Shown here piece by piece: positions 21,965 to 35,462 of a DNA stretch of 64,000 nucleotides. The stretch lies in assembly GCF_026210795.1 (NCBI RefSeq), contig NC_089430.1:3472001-3536000 (forward strand). Reading direction: 5' to 3'. The position numbers were made by a program, and so were the translations under genes. The DNA is from Rhizophagus irregularis (lineage: Eukaryota). The notes beneath the pieces are model-generated. The model saw nothing but the letters and a program-made list of their open reading frames with translations. It ran no database searches and had not been told where the DNA came from. Within the stretch, counting starts at the first letter, position 1, and the number at the start of each line of letters is the position of its first letter.

Positions 21965-24900
21965 ATGGATAATGTGTATAAGCGTCACCTTTTTAAGGTG
22001 TACTCCTCAGCAGATGAAGGGATAGATGACGTTAACGAATTACAAGATGAATATAAAAGTATGTCTAGTGAAGAAGATTGTGTGTTATTTGGCCTTGAGG
22101 TTGGAGATGTGTTTGAAAGCTGTGATTCTGCCGAAAAACAAGTTGTATACTGTGCAAAAAATAATGGCTTTGAAGTAAAGAAGTTTCGGCTTAAGAAAAA
22201 CAAAAAAGAGATTGTATGTCGAACTTTTAAGTGCAAGTTTTTTGGAGTATATCGTGTACAGAAGAAAGCTGACATAGAAGACACCCATGAATGTAAAAGT
22301 GTAAGAATGAATTGTCCCTGGAATATTAATCTTCAGCTCACTGGTGACCTCATATATGTTACCTTACTATGCAACAAACATAGTAACCATTCTCTTGAAA
22401 AGGAAAATTTCGTATCAAATCGTCAACTCAGTTCAGAAATTCTTGAGGAGATCAAATTTCTCGTAAATATTGGTTGTGAAGCAAGTCTAATTATCCACGC
22501 ATTTCAAAAACATTTTCCTGAAACAGTAATACACCTAAAGTATGTATATAATGCGATTTGTCACTTTTGGAACATTCAGAATAAATCAAAATTGGATGCT
22601 GCCAAAACGTTTAAAAAATTAATGAAATTACAACGTGAAGAACACAGGTGATTTGTCAAAGCGAGGCTGGAAGGCGAAGACAACCACCTTACAGGTTTTT
22701 TTTGGATGAGACCATCGCAGATAGAACTGTGGTGTAGATTTCATGATGTTGCGATTAATGATAATACATCACAAACAAATAAATATCGAATGTATTTATC
22801 CCTTACTATAGTAGTAGATAATCATGCATGCTCGCGTATGGTCGCAATTGCTGTTGTATCAGACGAAACTAAAGAAACCAGAAACCTATCAATAGATTTT
22901 AGAATGTTTACTGTCTGCCACAGACAATCTTGCGCCAAATGTTTTATTCATCATTGATGCAGATCCCACGATGGTTTCAGCTATTCATGAAATACTGCCA
23001 TCAACAAAACATAATTACTGTATCTGGCACCTGTGCAAAAATCTTGACAAAAATTTGAGAGGTCAACTTCGTAAAAATTACAATGAATTTGTGAAAGCAT
23101 GAAATAAATGCTGAAATTTCTTTTCAGAATATTAATTTCAAAAATGATAGCGTGAACTTCTTGCTAGCTTTCTGGCAGCAAAAAATACCTAAAGCGTGCA
23201 CTTGGACAAGTTGTAACTAGCTGGGCATTATGCCATACTAGTCGATCATTTAATGCAGGAATTCAGTCAACTCAACGCGTTGAAGGTTATAATTCGCTAA
23301 TTAAACGATCAGTTAAAAGTTCAGCAACATTGTTTGAATTGAATACACATATTCAGTCACTTCTCAACAAAGAAGAAAAATTTGAACAGCATGAACAATC
23401 AAATCAAAATCTAACAGTGGATTTACCGAACGTTGTCAGGAGGTACTTTAAAAGAATAAACGTCATCATCAAAAAATTTCTTACCTCTCGTATTTTAAAG
23501 ATGCAACACAATCAAATGAATGAAAATTTACTTTATCGTGCAAATAAAGTAGAGAATTGGAATGATTTGCTCAAAAATAAAGTATAAATCGTAAAATATT
23601 AGCATTTTTTTGCAAATCACGCAACATTTTTATTCTATTTTCTACCTAGATTACCATTAGTGAAGGACAAGATGAAGACGGTGAAGATGATAAAGATTAT
23701 GAAAATAGTGAAGATGGTGAAATTGGTGATTATGGTGATGATGATGATGATTATGAACAATCCGATAATGAAGAGTAATCCGATAATGAAGAACAATCCA
23801 ATGATGAAGAACAATCTGATGGTGAAGAACAATCTGATAATGAAGAGCAAGATGATAATGAAGAGCAAGATGATATTGATACACGATCCGAAAAGTTAAA
23901 TTTTTCTGAAGACGACTATGAATCCTATAAATCATCAATAGTTAATTTACATGCTCTAATTACATACCTTAATCATGCTAACATTCATGATGTTTAGCAT
24001 ATAACAATATTGAATATAAGGATGGCCCTGAAATTGATTTGGCAAAAATCCAAAATCTGAAATTTCGAATCTAAAATCCGAAATTTTTCTGAAATTAATT
24101 CATAATTTCGGCTAAATTCATAATTCCAGCTGAAAATCGTAATTCCGGTCAAAATGGATACATCGATCATTTCTATATTTGGAGATAGCCATTCCACAAA
24201 AATCGATTTTAGTAGGAACGAATATGGAATTTTGTATAACATCGATTTCTATTTTAGGAAATTCTATAATTCCTGCCAGAATTAAGTGCATAATTCTGGC
24301 CAAATTTACATATTTAATTTCGGCATTTCGGCTGGAATTTCAGATTTTGGAATTTCGGATTTGGCTGAAATTACGGCTACGGTTTCGGAATTTTAGCAAA
24401 TCTGAAATATTTCAGTTTCGGGGCCATCTTTAATTGAATAAAACAAAGAGTATTTCGTGGTGATATATGATAATGCTAATCACTTGTGTACATGCATGTG
24501 GCTTGTAGCAAGAGGATTAGTTTGTCGACATTTCTTTTCAGTGATGTTCGAATTCAGATAAGGTTATATTTCATATCGGAACTTTCATTTCAGATCGATG
24601 TTACAATGAAAAATTTCCTGATTTTCGAAGAAGCACTTGCAATCGCAATTTACGGTGAAAAGAACGCTGTCAAGCACCATGTATGAACGTCAAATTAGAA
24701 CAGATTTTAGTTTATTATATATTTATATGAGATTCGCCATACATAAGTATTTTTGGAAACTACCAAGCAAAATTTATCTCACAAAGCCAAATATAATCAA
24801 GGTTTTGACTACATGAAAAAAGCAATTTGACTAGCCCTTGAAATAGGCTGTGAAGACGAATTAAATGGAATATTGCAAAGGTGGATAAGAGAGAAGGAAA

Positions 24901-25387
24901 ATGAAATTCGTTCTAGGCAACTGGAGATCGACAAAGAAAATTTGCCGAATATTAGCAACCCTTATCAAATGCGTACAAAAGGTGCTTCAAGAAAGCGTAT
25001 AAAGAGGACTCTAAAATATACATAAAAGGGTCAAGTCAGAGTTTGCGTATAATGAGTCAAAAAAATCATGTAGATCATTCCTTTTATAGATAATCCCAGC
25101 CAAAATAATATTTCCTAATTTAGATAATGGCTGAAATTATCGTAATTCCAGTCCTAAAAGAATGCGTATTTTGGACCATTTCTGAACCTGATCTCTACAT
25201 ATATATTTCGGGGTTCTGTATAAAGAATGCATTAGAAGATAATCAAAAGCAAAAGTTAAGTAGATCTGCTAGTACTCAACGATCACAGTATGTATGCAAT
25301 CACTGTAAAGGCATTAGACATAATGCATGTAAATGCGAACTTAAAAAGAATCTAAAGAAGCGTAAATCTAAACAACTTATAAAATGA
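21965..25387 (+). pseudogene. MULE transposase (FAR1-like DNA-binding domain, MULE DDE core, acidic tract, SWIM finger, C-terminal zinc knuckle) with many stops
   Basis: SVRMNCPWNI..H, NDNTSQTNKYRMYL, HNYCIWHL, QSTQRVEGYN, HLCTC..RGLVCRHFF and CNHCKGIRHNACKC. Confidence 0.85.
24017..24432. mobile_element. hAT-type MITE (416 bp) nested in the MULE transposase
   Basis: TIR TAAGGATGGCCCTGAAATTGA versus TAAAGATGGCCCCGAAACTGA; perfect 8-bp TSD ATTGAATA. Confidence 0.9.
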
Positions 25388-26361
25388 TTAGTTTAGAATT
25401 TTAGGATAGCAAATTGTTATTGTTTATTTTAATAAAGAATTGAAAATGCATTTATGATTAAACATGTAACTTCTGATTGTAATTAAATGCGTAACAATTT
25501 ATTAATGAATGCGCATTATTCAGAATTTAAAGTTCAAACTCAAATTCAAACAAAAGTTCGAAACGATGAAAAATTTGAAAAAATTAAAGGCCCAGTATAG
25601 AAATCGAACCTGCGTTTCTAAGATAAAAAAAAAAATTATCAAGTGTTCTAACTACTGAACTAACTGAGCAAAATAATAATTATAAATGGATAATAGTTAT
25701 ATTTATATATTATACATCATGTGATATATTCAAAAAAAAAACTCCAGACGATAATCGCTCAGATGACGGTTAGCAATTCCCTTAATTTAAATACTAAGTT
25801 AAAATCATAAAATTAAAAATATTTTAACTTGAATTTGAATTAACTTAACCAAATTACATTTTAATCTAAATTAAACTTTATTTTTTTTTCTGCAGCGTAT
25901 TTGCAGTATTATTAAAATAAAAAAATTAAGAAAAATATATACTAAGTAAAATTCCCTAATAATTACTCTAATATAATTAAATTACAAACCACTCATCATA
26001 CTAATAGTATCTCACATATGCACTGTTGAGTGATTGTTTGATTCTATAAGTAGACTTTATTTAGTAACAGATTTTCTTAGTACTCTGAATGAGTTAAATT
26101 AAGTCAAGTTATATGTAAATTCAACTCAACTCATGTTATATCAAGTTGAATCGAGTTGAGTTAAAATTATAAAAAATATAAACTTGAGTTGAGTTAGCTG
26201 ATCAAACTGAATTGAACTGAATTGAATTAAATTACATGATTTACTTTCGGTTATACTGATCATTTTCTTTTTTGGTGTTAAAATAGAAATGTGGTGCAGT
26301 AATTTTATGTAGATTAATTTTGTAGATCATTTTGTAGATCCCTTGATTTTTTTGATTTTCT

Positions 26362-26640
26362 TGATAAATTTGATAAATCTGATAAATTTGATAAATCTGA
26401 TAAATCTGATAAATCTGATAAATCTGATAAATCTGATAAATTTGATATATTTGATTTATTTATTTTATTAATTTTATTTATTTTATTTGTTATATTTTAT
26501 TTATTTGATATATTTGATTTATTTATTTTATTAATTTTATTTATTTTATTTGTTATATTTTATTTATTTGATATATTTATTTTATTTTATTTATTTATTT
26601 TTATTATTATATTTGATTTATTTATTTTATCAAATATTCT
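26362..26640. repeat. GATAAAT(C/T)T 9-mer tandem array followed by a duplicated T-rich low-complexity tract
   Basis: About nine tandem 9-bp units, then a ~60-bp direct duplication. Confidence 0.85.
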
Positions 26641-27031
26641 TGATTTTTATTTTATTATAAATAGTGATAGGATTTTACCAAGTAGAAGGGGGAGGTCAGT
26701 TAGTTAGTGAAGAATTGTATTGTAATTTTCAAGTTATACGAAAAGAGTATTATTTCCAGTAGTATAATTCAAGATAGTTAATTTCGCAACCAAGAGATTA
26801 TCTATATTTTTGTCGTATTCAAAATCTTACATTATTTTAATAAAAACCTATTTTTTTTAACTGAACATTCAACATTATTTCACGTGATTATTTGTGATTA
26901 ACTTAAGACTCTCCTATTAAGTTAAACTCCAGTTAACCTGTTAAAGTGTTAAAGTTTTTCAGTCGGCTTTAATCGTTGACAGGATAACATTGGTAATAAC
27001 TACTTCACAAAATTCCATTTTTATAAATTTC

Positions 27032-27900
27032 TTTTTTTTTTTTATTTTAATTTGATGGTTTATATATGCTTATATTAAAATTAGTTAACAACAATGAAAA
27101 TTATTTTTAAACTAGCTATACCCACCCATAAGGATGCAACCATCAAATATCTCCAGGAATCCATATTACTATTGTATTAATATTAAAAACAAACAAAAAT
27201 AAAAGCCAAACTCCTTCATAATCCCTACGAAATCCTCATATAGAGGAGGCATGAAATGGAATGAAAGTCTACAGCGGTAGGAGATGCATTTTCTAATGCT
27301 ACAGTATTTCACTAAATCCAAGCGGATATACCAAATCCAGCCAATGATATTGTAAGCAATCTAATATTAGTACTTTTGATGGATCAACTGCTGATCAACT
27401 TGATTAGTAAAAATTAAAAACTAAAATCCACCAATCCCATCAGCCCTCCTAAATAGACCGATCTACATAAATCCAAAAAAGTTAAGTAACATCAAACCTC
27501 CAGCCCAGATAATCAACATTCCAGTACCTCCAGTTTTCCCAAAAGAAAACTAAGAGTAAAAACGCTGAAATTCCAGGAAAATGAAAAAACTAAAAAAACA
27601 AAAAGGAAAGTTATAACTTCAAAAAACCCCTAAGGGAAAAACTGAGTAAAAAGAATAATAAACATCAAGCCTCCGTCTACCACTTCAAACCCCTCAAACA
27701 ACAACTAATAATAAGAAGAAGCCCACTTTCCAAGTGGCTACCTCTACTTCAACTAATACTCCATAGGAAAAATTTTCTCAACACTTCTAAAAGTAAAGAA
27801 ACCAATAGGAAAACTTCACACTAGTGCAGAGTTCAAAGTCCAGCCACCCAATGCGTAACTGTTACAACTTTTAGGAATCTGGTGGGAGAAAAACTTCGCA
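27032..27900 (-). mobile_element. 5'-truncated non-LTR retrotransposon (LINE/retroposon) insertion
   Basis: Poly(T) at 27032-27043 (poly-A tail on the minus strand); perfect 16-bp TSD CATTTTTATAAATTTC at 27016-27031 and 27901-27916. Confidence 0.85.
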
Positions 27901-28574
27901 CATTTTTATAAATTTCAAAAAAATTTCGTTTTGAATTTTGTATAATACATCTTCCAAAAAAGGAAATTCCATAATTTTAGCCAGAATTATAAATTAATTT
28001 AACTTGATTTGACTTGACTCGATTTTATTAAATTATTAACTCAACTCGACTCAATTCAATTTAATTGTAATTTTCAATTTGATTCAATTCAACTTAACTC
28101 AATTTGATTTGACCAATTCATGAGTTAATTTGATTTATTTTGGAACACTAAGTTTTCTAGATCCTATCTTCAATGTCTGGTGATCACAGGACCTACTAAG
28201 TTAAATTTTTATTGATGTTTATTTACTATTTTATATTTAGGGTTTAAAATTTGTGCCACACTACGCTGTGCGCGCCCCATGGATATATTATATATAAAAG
28301 TCAAAAATGACATTCTAAACCCTTCATGGCTCATTAAGTAAAGTTGTAGAATAGGCAAAAATACGCATAGTAAATAAATTTTTAAGGCTCTATAATATGT
28401 ACGTGAGAGTTGCGGCATGAATATTTAAAAAAATCGGGATTTTACTAAAATCACGTGATAATTAATGATCGACAAATTTACTATATAAAAATTACCAAAA
28501 ATGGAGGGGTGCGCACATGCGCGGGTGCGCACAAATTTTATTTCCTTATATTTATATCAATATACTTTTTAATA

Positions 28575-31228
28575 CAGTACACCCTTACTATAGCGAATTT
28601 TTTTATAGCGAATAACTTACTATAACGAAGAAAAGTACGGGTACATATTTTTTAATAATTAAAAATTCTTATTATACCGAATTTTAAAGTAAAAATTCTC
28701 TAACTCGTAATACGAATTTAAATGTTAAGACAATTATAATAAAATGACCCTTCATATAGCGAAGAATTTTGCTATACCGAATTTTTAAAATGTTACACAA
28801 TAATTTAGCGAATTTTTGATCACATGAAATTTTATTTGAACAATTCGAACAATTCGATTTTGCCTTTAAAGGTTAGAATTTTTGTGATTAAAGTTAAAAA
28901 GGAAAATTATCATAAACAAGATCATGATTTATTTTTATTATAATACGGCAAATATAACGTCGATCAGTTAGTTCTTTTTTTACACGTCACTACGCCCAAA
29001 ACTAAAAGTGCACTAAATAAATATTCCCAAGCTAAAGGTAAAGATAAAATGAGAACTTTACCGAAAAGAGCATCTTTAACTATTGCCCAAAAGCATGAAA
29101 TATGTTTTAAAAAAATCAACGAACCTTATATAAAAAATAAAGAACTTGCGGAACTATATAATGTTAGTGAAGGATGCATTAGTGATACGTTAAAAAAATC
29201 ACAAAAATGGCTTGAAATTGACCCTCAAGCACCCGAAGCCCAAGGGAAAAGACAAAATAAGTTGAATTTTCCAGAAATTGAAGAAGCTCTTACATTATGG
29301 GTATTGAAGGCTCTAGAAAATGGTGTTGATATTAGTGATCAGGTTTTACACGAAAAAGCTATAGCATTTGCTTCTCTATATAAAGTTGAAAATTTTAAAG
29401 GAAGTAATGGTTGGATTGGTGGATTTAAAAAAAGACATAATCTTTCTTGCTATTTAAAACAAGGAGAAGCTGCAAGCGCACCTCTTGATAAACTTGATGA
29501 ATTCAGAAAAAACCTTGAAGATTTGATTCGTAATTATAGTCTTGAAGATGTTTTCAATTGTGATGAAACTGGTTTGTATTGGAAAATGGAACCCAAAAGG
29601 ACGATCTCCAATAAACCTGTATCTGGAAAAAAACAATCTAAAGATCGGGTAACAATTCTCCTTTGTTCTAATGCAACTGGTACTGAAAAGCTCAAACCAG
29701 TATTCATTCACAAATATAAAAATCCTCGTCCTTTAAAGAATTTATCCAAAACATCTTTACCAGTAGAATATTATTGGAATTCAACAGCTTGGATGCAAGT
29801 TTCTATTTGGAATGATTGGATTCGTAAGTTTGATGCACAAATGAGATTAAAAGGAAGAAATATTCTTCTTCTTATAGACAATGCTCCTGTCCATGCTTTA
29901 TATGAAGGTGTGGAATTGACCAATATAAAAATTGAATTTTTGCCTCCTAACACAACTGCACACTTACAACCATGCGACAAGGGTATTATAAATAGCTTTA
30001 AGGTACTAAAATTTCAATATAATTTTAATAATTAAGAAATTCTAACTTACAATATTTGATTTTGCAGGCACAATATCGAAAATTGCTCCTTCAAAATCGT
30101 ATCAAGGCTTTTGACTTTCAACAATTAACAGGAAATAGTAAATCTCCAATCAATATCAAAAAAGCTATTAAATATGTTGTGTCAGCCTGGAATAAAGTTC
30201 TTCCTAAAACTATATTTAACTGCTGGAATAAAACGGGAATTTTGCCAGATGATACGAATTCTTATAATGAAATTAAAGAGAATAGGCATAATGAGACAGA
30301 AGAAAATGAATATAGAGAAATTCAAGATTTAATCAATAAGCTTGAGTATACACACCCTCTTACTGCTGAAGAATACATTAGATTAGACCAGGAGAATGAA
30401 AATGCCGGTATACCCCCATCTGAAGAGCAGATCGTTGCTATTCTTAAAGAAAATAATACTATGTCTGATGATGAAGGTGATAAAGATATTATTTCAGTAA
30501 CGAGTTCTGAGGCCTTAATTGCATTTGATACAATTTTTAACTATGTAGAGCAAAATGATAGTCAAGATATTTTTGATAAAAGTGCATTAAAGGTAATGAA
30601 AAAAATTAGAAAAATTGTTTATAGAAATAATTTTTTTTCTAAAAAACAATCAAGTTTAGATTTATTCGTTACAGATAAAGGTAGTAAACTCAAGCCAAAT
30701 AACACTGCTATTGATCCAGTTGATAATAATACTATGAACAGGGAAAGGGAAGGCGATAATAATATTATTGATATTGAAAATTTTGATTTTGAAGCTTTGT
30801 ATTTTAATGAGTTTGATTTTTATAATTATGAAGAAGACCAAGGTTTTATTGAATATCAAATCGATGAGAATAGTCTTTATAAATGATGTACGACAGTATT
30901 ACAGTACTCGTATCATACTCAATTAAGTAATAGTCATTGAGTAACAAAAATATAAAAAGTATTTTGTATGTGAGTTCATAATAAATAAGCAAAGAACGCT
31001 CGTTAATTGAATATAATTGGTTTTGTTTTATTGTTTTTTTATCTTTATTGCCAAATAAATTTGGTTGGTATTTAATAATAGTGCGATAATGCATTTATCA
31101 CGTGATTATATGATTTTTTTGATATAACGAAAATCTTATGTTTATTCGTTATACACTATAACGAATTTTCTTACTATAACGAATTTTGATCTTCAGCCCA
31201 CAAGATTCGCTATAGTAAGGGTGAACTG
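28575..31228 (+). mobile_element. pogo/Tigger (Tc1-mariner superfamily) DNA transposon, full length
   Basis: 24-bp TIR CAGT(A/T)CACCCTTACTATAGCGAAT; TA TSD on both sides; subterminal TATA(G/A/C)CGAA repeats. Confidence 0.95.
29049..30886 (+). CDS. pogo/Tigger transposase (CENP-B-type HTH + DDE_1), 590 aa; exons 29049-30002, 30068-30886
   Basis: FKGSNGWIGGFKKRH, FNCDETGL, LLIDNAPVH and LQPCDKGII. A 65-bp GT-AG intron joins the two ORFs in frame. Confidence 0.93.
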
Positions 31229-31283
31229 TATATTTATATATTTATACTTTTTTATTATTTTATTTTATATATATATTTAATAG

Positions 31284-31526
31284 TAAGATTGTTTGTTTAA
31301 AATTTTCCAAAATTCTATAATTAGTTTTTTCAAATTTTACTATAATTTTAATATAATTTCGGCATAATTTTAGCAGTTTTAGCATTTATAATAAATTTTA
31401 TTAGATTTTGCTTTTCTATAAAATTTTGCCAACTTTTAATAAGACTTTTATATAATTTTAATAAAATTTCACTATTTCAGCATTTTGTTAAACTGCTAAA
31501 ATCCTCTAATTTTTCCAGCAACTTTA
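31284..31526. mobile_element. Heavily decayed relative of the 244-bp hAT MITE family
   Basis: Starts TAAGATTGTTTG, ends CAGCAACTTTA, has the same length and is collinear with 10943-11186. Confidence 0.7.
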
Positions 31527-32204
31527 CTTAATTATATAGATTATTTATTATGTAAAATAAATTAAAATTATTTTTTCAATTTTATTTTTTACTAAGATTT
31601 TAAATATATGCAAGTACAAATTGTTTTAGTTAAGAGACTGCATTTTTTTTTAACTTATAAGATCAGTACTATCTGAAAAAGCTTTTTTAATTAATGTACT
31701 AGTTGCTAAAATAAATTTAAAATTAATCTTAATTTAAACAATAAAAACTTAAATTTTAAATAATGTATTATTACCAAAAATTGTAAACTAAATACAGGTT
31801 ATTACTTCAAGTGTAAATATTGGAATTCATTCATCTATTAGAATTCAATTATAAAACAATTTATTTTTTTATTTTTTTTTTTTCGCAGCGCATTTGCAGT
31901 TTTATTAAAGTAAAAAAATAAAGAAAAAATATATACAAAGTAAAATTCTTTAAATTAAAAGAAATTTAAATTGTAAAATTTATTTATAAAATTATTTAAT
32001 TAGTATATTTTTCACTATTATAATAAATATTTCATTAGAACAATTAAACTTTCTAAATATAAATTCAATTCATTTTTATTTCTTGATAAATGCCATTTTA
32101 TATATATATAACTAAGAAGATCATCATCAGTGATAAGATTTTCATCTTAAATATTTTGGTTTATTTTTAGTATATATAATATATATATATATATATATTT
32201 TAAA

Positions 32205-33200
32205 TTGCTGCAGCATATTCAGCAGTTTATTAAAATAAGTGATATATTAACACTACATATATGATATAACATAAAACTTAGATTAACTTATTAACTACTA
32301 AACCATTCGTCATCCAATAAAGAATTCCATATGTATACTGTTAGGCGAAATTTGGACTAGTATAAGAGTAAGTTCAGTATAAAACTGCCCTTTCTTAAAG
32401 AAGATTTTCTCCTCTCAGTTTATATCTTTAGAAAAGATTTCATGGGACTTATTATGAAATAATAAAAACAAAAAAAAGGATTTTAACAAAAAAAATCAGG
32501 GTAAAAAAAAGGGTTAATAATTAAGACTAGATAGCGAGTATTCTATCATCCCAAAAACTCCTATTTGGCCTAAACTCCTGTGCCTTAACTTTAGCTAAAA
32601 TTGTTAGTTTGTTATTGCCATCAAAGTCTTTTTGTTTCAAAGTAGATTGCTTCTTTTTTTTTTCAAAGACTTTCCTTTCTGTTTTTTATTCTGATTCTTG
32701 TTTTAGTTCTGCTTCTAAGTGGAATCAGTTTTTTTTGGTAGCTTATTACTAGGCCAATTCAAAGTAAGCGAAAAATAACAAGTCCAAATACCTTTAAATT
32801 CTTTGAAGTTGAATTCTGTATTAAGTGTTTTATCCAAGCTTGCCCAAGTATTGAAATATACAATCAACTTTCTGTATTCACAGTTTTGAATAATTTTAGT
32901 AATAGATTTAAGTACATCTATAACAACAGCCTGAAATCTCTTACATTTTTTACGCTGCTTTAAATTCCAGAATGCAAAAAACCATTGTATAGGCATTCCT
33001 TCAAATGGAACAGTCTAAACTCCATTATTCTAATTCAGCAAAGCTTACTTGTTGAAGTTTATAAACACAGTCACAGTCAAATATTTTTTTTGTCTTAATT
33101 TTGAACACAATTACTTGATTCCATTTTCTTAGATTCATAAGAATATCGAGTTGCAACATGTAATTGTTTTAGAGCATTAGCCTGAAATCGTTTCTATTCT
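32205..33200 (-). mobile_element. Degraded non-LTR retroelement remnant
   Basis: Shares the end motif GCAGC(G/A)..TT..CAGT.TTATTAAA with poly(T)-preceded copies at ~25881 and ~31872; decayed coding remnants on the minus strand. Confidence 0.4.
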
Positions 33201-34319
33201 TTCTTTATTTAATATTCTAATTGGCTAAAAATTATTATACAGATAGTTTTCCAAAAGAAGCAGTTTATATTCCATTATTTTATAGCTTTATCGCTATTTT
33301 ATTAAGGTCTACTAATACTATATAAATAGTAATATACTTCTGTTGTGATTTAAATTTAATTACAATTATTTAATCTCAAGCTTTTAAGTGATTAAATATA
33401 TCGAATTGGATCCATTTTGAGGAGATATTTATACTGTAATTTTTTAGACATTATTCTTAATTTCAGAAGTATATTTAATTATCCTTTAAATTATAAGAGC
33501 TAAAATTAATTTAAAAAATTTTTAAATCTTTAAAATATCTTAAGATCTAGTAATTATAGAAAGATAAAATTAGATTTGTTAAATTCCTTTTATTAAAACA
33601 TATTATTTAATGGTAATAAAATCATAATGCTAAAATTAATAAATAGAAAGTTATATTAATTTACAAATTTTTAGATTTAATAAAATATTCTATCATATAA
33701 TATTTATAGAAAAGTAATTTTTATTATATCAGATTCTTCTCATTAAGATATATCAAATGGTAGTATTTTTATATTTCTAATAAAAGATATTTTAATTTAA
33801 AAAATTTAGTTACTATTTATTATAATTTGTTAATTATTTATTTTTAAAATTATTAATCATATTAAACTTTTTTTCGATTTTTATTTAAAAAATACTATAG
33901 AATTTATCATAAAAATATTGGTTTATGTAATAAAATATTTTAAGATATTTAAAAGTGTCTTTAATTAAAAAATGAAATTGCAGGCAAATTTGCTTGTAAA
34001 ATAGTTTAAGAAATAACAGTACTAATAGTTTTAAGTGCAGATATAGCTAGTTATTTTTTGGTAGTTGTAGAATGATTTTTACTAGTAAAAGCTAAGCTGA
34101 AAAATAGGTGCTATTTTTTTTTTTATTCTTATTAAAAGTGAATAAATTCAGTTTTCTAAAGTTACTATTCAAGTTTTATTTAACTATTTCTGTATAAGAA
34201 ACTTTCCTGTTCTTTTTTTTAGTCGTAAAAGAATTAGCACTTACATTAAAAGAATTGATAGGTTTTTTAAGTTGTGCTACAGTTTTTGATTAATGTGTTA
34301 GATTTTCAATAATTTTCAT

Positions 34320-34733
34320 ATTTACAGAAACTTCAAGCTTTCAAATGATATCATTTTGATATCATTTTGATATTGATTCAATATCAATTTAATATCAATA
34401 TAATATCAAAATAAAATATTATCATTTCAATATCAAAATGATATCAAAATAGTATCAATGATAATTGAAATGATATCAAAACAATATATTTAAGTTTAAC
34501 TTAAAGATGTCATTTTGATGTCATTTCAATTATTTTTTTGATATCATTTTGATATTAATTTAATATTAATTCAATATTAATATGATATCAAAATAATAAT
34601 ACTTTATTTCAATATCACATTGATATTAAATTGATATTGAATCAATATTGAAATAATGTCAAAACAATACTGTTAAAATAAACTTAACAATATCAATTCT
34701 ATATTGATTAAAAATGGTAAGTTTCTGTAAAAT
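34320..34733. repeat. AT-rich MITE-like foldback element built from GATATC/ATATCA units
   Basis: Terminal inverted repeat TTTACAGAAACTT/AAGTTTCTGTAAA; internal TTTTGATATCA repeats in both orientations. Confidence 0.6.
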
Positions 34734-35462
34734 ATCTATCAATATAGCCTCTTTTGAATTGGATTGTTATGATATATTACATTATAAGTTATATTTTCTC
34801 TGAAAATACCATTAAAAGTTTAAAACCATTATTAATGTTGAGTTGTAAATACTGAAAAAACCCAAGTATAATATAAAGAAAATAATAAAGCTTGTAGTTC
34901 ATATCCTTCAATTTAAAGGTTCTAAGGATATCCTGATATAAAGATAATATTTCTTCATAAGGTCCTAATTTACAGTTACTATTATTATTTATTATTGTAA
35001 AAAAATAATAAATATTGATAGTATATTAATAAAAAATATATTACTACATATTCATAAAGATTAATATTTAACAAATAATATATTTTAGTTATTTGGTTAA
35101 ATCTAGAAGCTTTACTTTTTAAAATAATTGTAGTAAAATAAAGATATTTTTTTATTTAAGTTTGCAAAATGATTAATACTTTTTAATATTGATACTATTT
35201 TATAATTCTAAAAATTTAGATATTTTGTATTTAAAGTGAATTATATGAAAAAGCATTATTTCGATTTTGCCAACAAAAAATTAAGACATTTTTTGTTATG
35301 TAGTTAACTTGTTAGTGTAGCTTAAAAAATATACTGCGCCATCAATCTTAACCGACTTGACGACTCTTGACGTGCATATTTATATCATGACGTAAGACGT
35401 GATCTAGACGTTTATAATCCTTATTATTTGTATCTTTTGCCAAATGATTGAAATATGCGAAC

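Larger units (their letters stand above)
21544..25781 (+). mobile_element. Mutator (MULE) DNA transposon, decayed
   Basis: About 200-bp TIRs (21544-~21745 and ~25580-25781); perfect 9-bp TSD TTAATTTAA at 21535-21543 and 25782-25790; internal transposase remnants. Confidence 0.92.
26078..28150. mobile_element. Old non-autonomous hAT-like element with GAGTT/AACTC subterminal arrays
   Basis: Degenerate TAGT- termini; GAGTT/AACTC pentamer arrays at both ends; possible TSD GATTTTCT/AGTTTTCT (6/8). Confidence 0.45.

Noticed and set aside
23635..23938. His-rich, Ile-rich and Met-rich ORFs
   Set aside because: These are alternative-frame and antisense readings of the D/E-rich low-complexity tract in the MULE transposase.
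23994..24433. Three short ORFs
   Set aside because: They lie almost entirely within the non-coding 416-bp MITE.
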